NCBI GenBank assembly: GCA_904063045.1
Contig: CAJFCJ010000005.1
Span: 2,185,988 to 2,249,987, forward strand
Source: Dimorphilus gyrociliatus
Taxonomy: Eukaryota > Animalia > Annelida
DNA: 64,000 nt
Reading direction: 5' to 3'
Positions within the stretch are counted from its first letter, which is position 1. Each line of letters starts with the position of its first letter. The notes beneath the pieces are model-generated. The model had not been told where the DNA came from and made no database searches. It saw nothing but the letters and a program-made list of their open reading frames with translations. This document shows, piece by piece, positions 59,241-64,000 of this stretch. The position numbers were made by a program, and so were the translations under genes.

Positions 59241-62000
59241 ATGAGGAGGACAACAAGAAGAATACTTCAATATGTATTATTAGCTCTCTTAATTGTTACA
59301 TTAGGTCCATATTTTCTAAAAAGACTGTCCGGAAATGGATCATTATCATTTGACCAATCGCATGGACTACCAAGAGAACCTGCCATATCTCAACGAGATA
59401 AGAAAAATGATAATTGGAGGGTAAGTATTTTATGACACTTTGCTTTAAATAGTAATTGAGAAGATTTAAAAAATGTGTAACTTTATTACTTAATGCTTTT
59501 ATTCTGGCTAATAAACAATCTGACCAATTTATTTTACTCTACTGATCGAGGAAGCGTCTCTAATAAGAATAAAGGAGGTAACATCGGTAAAAAGGATAAT
59601 AAATAATGAGGTTTCTAGCTCCAATCCGGGTATTGAATTTAAAAAGGTGAAGGATTGATTAAAATTTGGAAAAAAACTATTTATAGATATATATAAATTA
59701 TATATATAAACACTTAGATTTTTCAAATATGTGTACAAGATATATAGTGTAAACTCAATTTATATTGAAAACCTGCAATTTTATTGATTTATATGCCATT
59801 TTAACTCTCTCTCTTCCCACATATACATTTATTGCATATATCGTTCAGCTCGTTCAAGATGTTGGAAGTGAATCAGAGATTGATTGGCACGATTATGCGG
59901 CAATTGCAAAAGATAAAGAGAGGACAGGACCCGGGGAACAAGGTCAAGGCGTTCAAATAGGGGCTGATGAACGAGAGAAAAAAGATGAACTTTATCGTGC
60001 AAATGGATTTAATGCTCTTGCTAGCGATAAAATGAGTTTAGATCGTGCATTAAACGATATACGACATCCAAAGTAAGATTATAGATAATCTATTAATTAG
60101 AAATTAATTCTTTTGTACTATTAGCCATTTTCCAATAACTTTTTATCTAAAAACTAAATCCTTATTTATCTCCCAATGTATCAGCTGCAGAAAGAAGAAA
60201 TATTTAGCCAAATTATTGACTGCCAGCATCGTTGTGCCTTTTCATAATGAACATATAACAACTCTCCTACGTTTAGTTCATTCAATATTAAATAGATCAC
60301 CTCGTCAATTGCTAGCTGATATTATTCTTGTTGACGATTATAGCAATAAAGGTTTCACACTAATTAATTTCTTAGATTTCATTTAACCTCCTTCTATATA
60401 AATATATATATATTTATTTTATTTATAGATTTCCTTAAGGAACCTTTAGATAATATGCTAAAAGATCAGTTCTATCAGGGAAAAGTTACTGTTCTTCGTA
60501 ATAAGGAGAGAGAGGGTTTAATTAGAACAAGAATAAATGGAGCAGCTGTAGCTAAAGGAGAAGTTATCATCTTCCTTGATTCTCATTGTGAAGTAAATAT
60601 CAATTGGTTACCTCCATTATTAGGTTGTAATATAAATAATTAGATATATATTTACAAAAATATGTATTACTATTGAATTTTATCTGACAGATCCTATTGC
60701 AAAAAATCATAAGACTGTAGTTTGTCCTTTTATTGATGTTTTGGATCATGATACCTTCCAATATAGAGCTCAAGATGAGGGTGCAAGAGGCGCTTTTGAC
60801 TGGGAATTATTTTACAAACGATTACCTCTACGTCCAGGTGATCAAAATGATCCTGCCGACGTTTTTGAGTGAATATCTGTCATACTGTCGGAAATAGTTA
60901 GTATTGTTTGTTATTTTGCTTTGCAGGAGTCCTGTTATGGCAGGAGGTCTATTCGCTATTCATAGAGACTGGTTTGAAAAATTGGGCAAATACGACGACC
61001 AACTTGAAATCTGGGGTGGTGAACAGTATGAATTATCATTTAAAATTTGGCAATGCGGCGGTAGAATGGTAGATGCTCCTTGCTCAAGAATAGGTCATGT
61101 CTATAGAAAATACGCACCATTTCCAAATCCGGGAAAAGGTGATTTTGTTGGTAGAAATTATCGACGAGTTGCCGAAGTATGGATGGACGAATATAAAGAG
61201 TTTATTTTTAAAAGGAGAGCACGCTATAGGGATATCGATCCTGGAGATTTAACAAAACAAAAGAAATTAAGAGAAGACTTAAAATGTAAAAGCTTTAAAT
61301 GGTTTATGACCAACGTTGCCAATGATTTAGAAAAGTATTATCCATCTGTTGAGCCAAGTCCTGTAGCCAGCGGAGAGGTTAGTCTCTTCATTTTCATTCA
61401 ACGTGAATAACTGAATAGTATATATTTTTATTTACAGTTGAAAAGCGAAAAAGCTGGATTGTGTGTAGATACTAAATTTAAAAGTCAAAACGAACAGTTC
61501 GGTTTGGACACTTGTTTATCTGTTGATAGTGGCCACGGAGGAGAACAGAATTTGGTGTTATCTTGGCATAAAGATCTAAGGTTTGTACTGTTTTATAATT
61601 TATCAAATAATTACAGAGTTTCCTATCAAAAATGCTATATATATACATAGGCCTTTTAAAAGAAGCTTATGCTTTGATGTATCCCAATCTATCCGAAAAG
61701 CACCTGTTATACTTTATACATGCCATGGAATGAAAGGAAATCAGTGGTTTAAATACAACGTTGTGAGTATATTCTTACAATATAAAAACAATAAATTAAC
61801 TATTATTATTCTAACTATTCATAAATCATACATAGGACACTCATCAACTATATCATCCAGTATCAAGTCAATGTTTAGATTGCGATCCAGAGCAAAAACA
61901 GATATTTATGAATCCCTGCAATTCATATTCCGAAACTCAAAGATGGTTATTCGCCAAGCTAAATACGACATTAGCTCAAAAATACTTTCAAGAGCAATAA
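59241..62000 (+). CDS. GALNT10: Polypeptide N-acetylgalactosaminyltransferase, GALNT10/pgant6-like
   Basis: Type II anchor [19 protein letters not shown]. Motifs [29 protein letters not shown] (DxH), SPVMAGGLF and [11 protein letters not shown]. Ricin-lectin exons end at the stop at 61998-62000. Confidence 0.93.
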
Positions 62001-62718
62001 AGCAATTCTAATGAATTGAATTATTCTGGTTTGAAAATGTGATAAAACTAATAAATATAATAATAAACAATAAATAATAATGTATCACCCAAAGCTGTCA
62101 ACACAATTCATTAATTCCGCTTTGTTTTTAATCTTTTTTTTTGGAATATGGTTTTAAGCTAATCTTTTTAATGATAGATTGTTATTATTATTATTATTAT
62201 GTTTTTTTTTTTGGACTTGTTAACCTATTTATCAAATTATTCAGATATCTATTAACATATACAGTATACTGATGTATATATATATATATATAAACATATA
62301 TCTATACAGTATATGTTAATAAATGACAATAATATACATGGCAGCCATATAAATATATGTACATAATATCAACAAATGTTTAAAGAATGTTCTAACTGAA
62401 TTAAGAAGAAATCCATAAGTTACCTAGAAAATAAATAGAACAAATTTTCGTTACCTAACACCAAAGTAATACCTACATAAAAAAAGAAACAATAAGTAGA
62501 GCGTTAACGACAACTTCAACAGAAAAAACTTAACTTGAAAATTATTATAAAAATGATTCAAAATAACAAGCAAATAACAATCAACAATTAACAAAAGTAA
62601 CAAGTGATAGCTCTCTATTGTACAATAATAAGATAATAATAGAGAGCGAGGGAGAGAGAGAGAGAGAGAGAGAGAGACTAAAGATTAGAAAGTTTTTGGT
62701 TTTACAATCGAATGTTCT

Positions 62719-64000
62719 TTAATCTAATTCGACTTGCCAAAATTCTGGTACGCTTCTAGATACTCGGTACTCGTCTAATTTAGATGGATTTCGTTTGATT
62801 GGAATAGCCGATTCTGTAAATTCTACACTTTCTATATCGGCGTCGTAATCGTTTATATCGGTTGATTCGTTATTACGACTTCTTCTGATAGAAGGATTCG
62901 TTCGGCTGGAAGAATATGGTGGTATGGTGGACGTTGATCCAAAATCTTTCGTTAACCGCTTCAAACGATTTCTTCTACGTTTTTGTTGGCGTTCAACTGA
63001 AATAAAACAATTTATTGTATTTAGACATGTGAAAATATGAATATTATGTTAATAAATGTTAATTTGATTGATAAAAATGCGTAAGAAACCCGAATGTAAA
63101 CAAAGAAATGTATCGGAACTTTTGCGTAAAATTTAAATAATTAACGGGTATTTGTCCCACTTATTGTTTTTCAAGATGGCTAAGTAGCGAACCCACCCTT
63201 TTTAATTGAGAGGTATCTCGTAAACAACCCCAAATATTGATATAAATGAAGACAATTTCTTTTCAATACAACCTCGATGAATTAATTAGTAATTAATTAA
63301 TTGAGTTTAATTAAAAAAAATTTAAATATCGGCCTAAGAGTATTATTTTTTGAAAGTTTTTTTGGGAACGGCTAAGTCCCCAAGCGATTGCTAAGTCCGC
63401 CATTTATTTCCAAGAACTGCCCTGCACAAACATGGCGAGAAGTTAACACTTTTTTAAGGCGGGTTCAAGGTCAGTAATTAACTATTACCTGGCCAAACGG
63501 TATCATCAATGATTTTATAATTATCAGAGACATCCAAATTGGCGAATGCATCGCGCGCTTTTTCTTCTAGATCCTTTTCTGTCGTCGTAGAGTCTACGAA
63601 AGGTGTCAAAACGATGATAAGATCAGTTATAATATTCATACGTAGGTTAAATCATCAATAAAAGGAATTAAACTTACGATAGCTTAATCTTCGTCTCGCC
63701 TTTGAGGTGATATCCAACCTTCGTAAACTAAAAAACTCTTTAGGCTTCGGTTTGAGACTAGGAGTCCTTAGTAAGGGGAGTTTTTTTGGAGTTTGACAGC
63801 TATATATTCAACAGTAAACTTTCAAAATGATAAGAATAAGAATTTTAAGCTTACTTTAATAGTTCCTCCACGAAATGGTCGTTCTCTTCTTCCATGTGTA
63901 TATCGTTTCCTGATTGACGTATTTTAACCGGTGTTATTTGCTCTCCAGGGGTAACTTCAAAAACTTTTTCAGAAGCAAACATTCCCCACTTTATTCCTTA
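62719..64000 (-). CDS. Partial multi-exon gene (possibly two genes) of unknown product, running off the window end
   Basis: In-phase exons about 64000-63854, 63789-63678 and about 63588-63493, plus a terminal exon 62996-62719 (ERQQKRRRNRLKRL...VPEFWQVELD). Linkage across 63000-63480 is unresolved. Confidence 0.5.

Overview
Eukaryotic (animal) genomic DNA: AT-rich, gene-dense, with many 41-100 nt GT-AG introns. The gene set points to a compact invertebrate genome, probably spiralian and possibly a miniaturised annelid such as Dimorphilus (inference only). Splicing by hand with reading-phase checks gives about 16 protein-coding genes. In order: golden goal/THSD1-like receptor (+), orphan K50 paired-class homeobox (-), small Ig membrane protein (+), ALG5 (-), LOTUS+Tudor protein (+), IQCC (-), OXR1/NCOA7 (+), large C2H2 zinc-finger protein (-), M6/PLP proteolipid (+), single-BIR IAP-like (+), divergent stromalin/STAG (-), SLC6 glycine-transporter-like (-), SNX19-like (-), TTC25/ODAD4 with a very long C-terminal extension (+), GALNT10-like (+), and a partial unknown gene (-). 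No tRNA, rRNA, CRISPR array or intact transposon was seen. The most notable observations are the unassignable K50 homeobox, duplicated alternative terminal exons in M6, the extended TTC25, the divergent intron-poor STAG, hidden alternative exons and a signal-peptide-like sORF in OXR1 introns, a recurrent TATAC-W-GTATA palindrome, and a direct repeat-palindrome-direct repeat element. All family calls rest on motif recognition from memory; no database searches were run.
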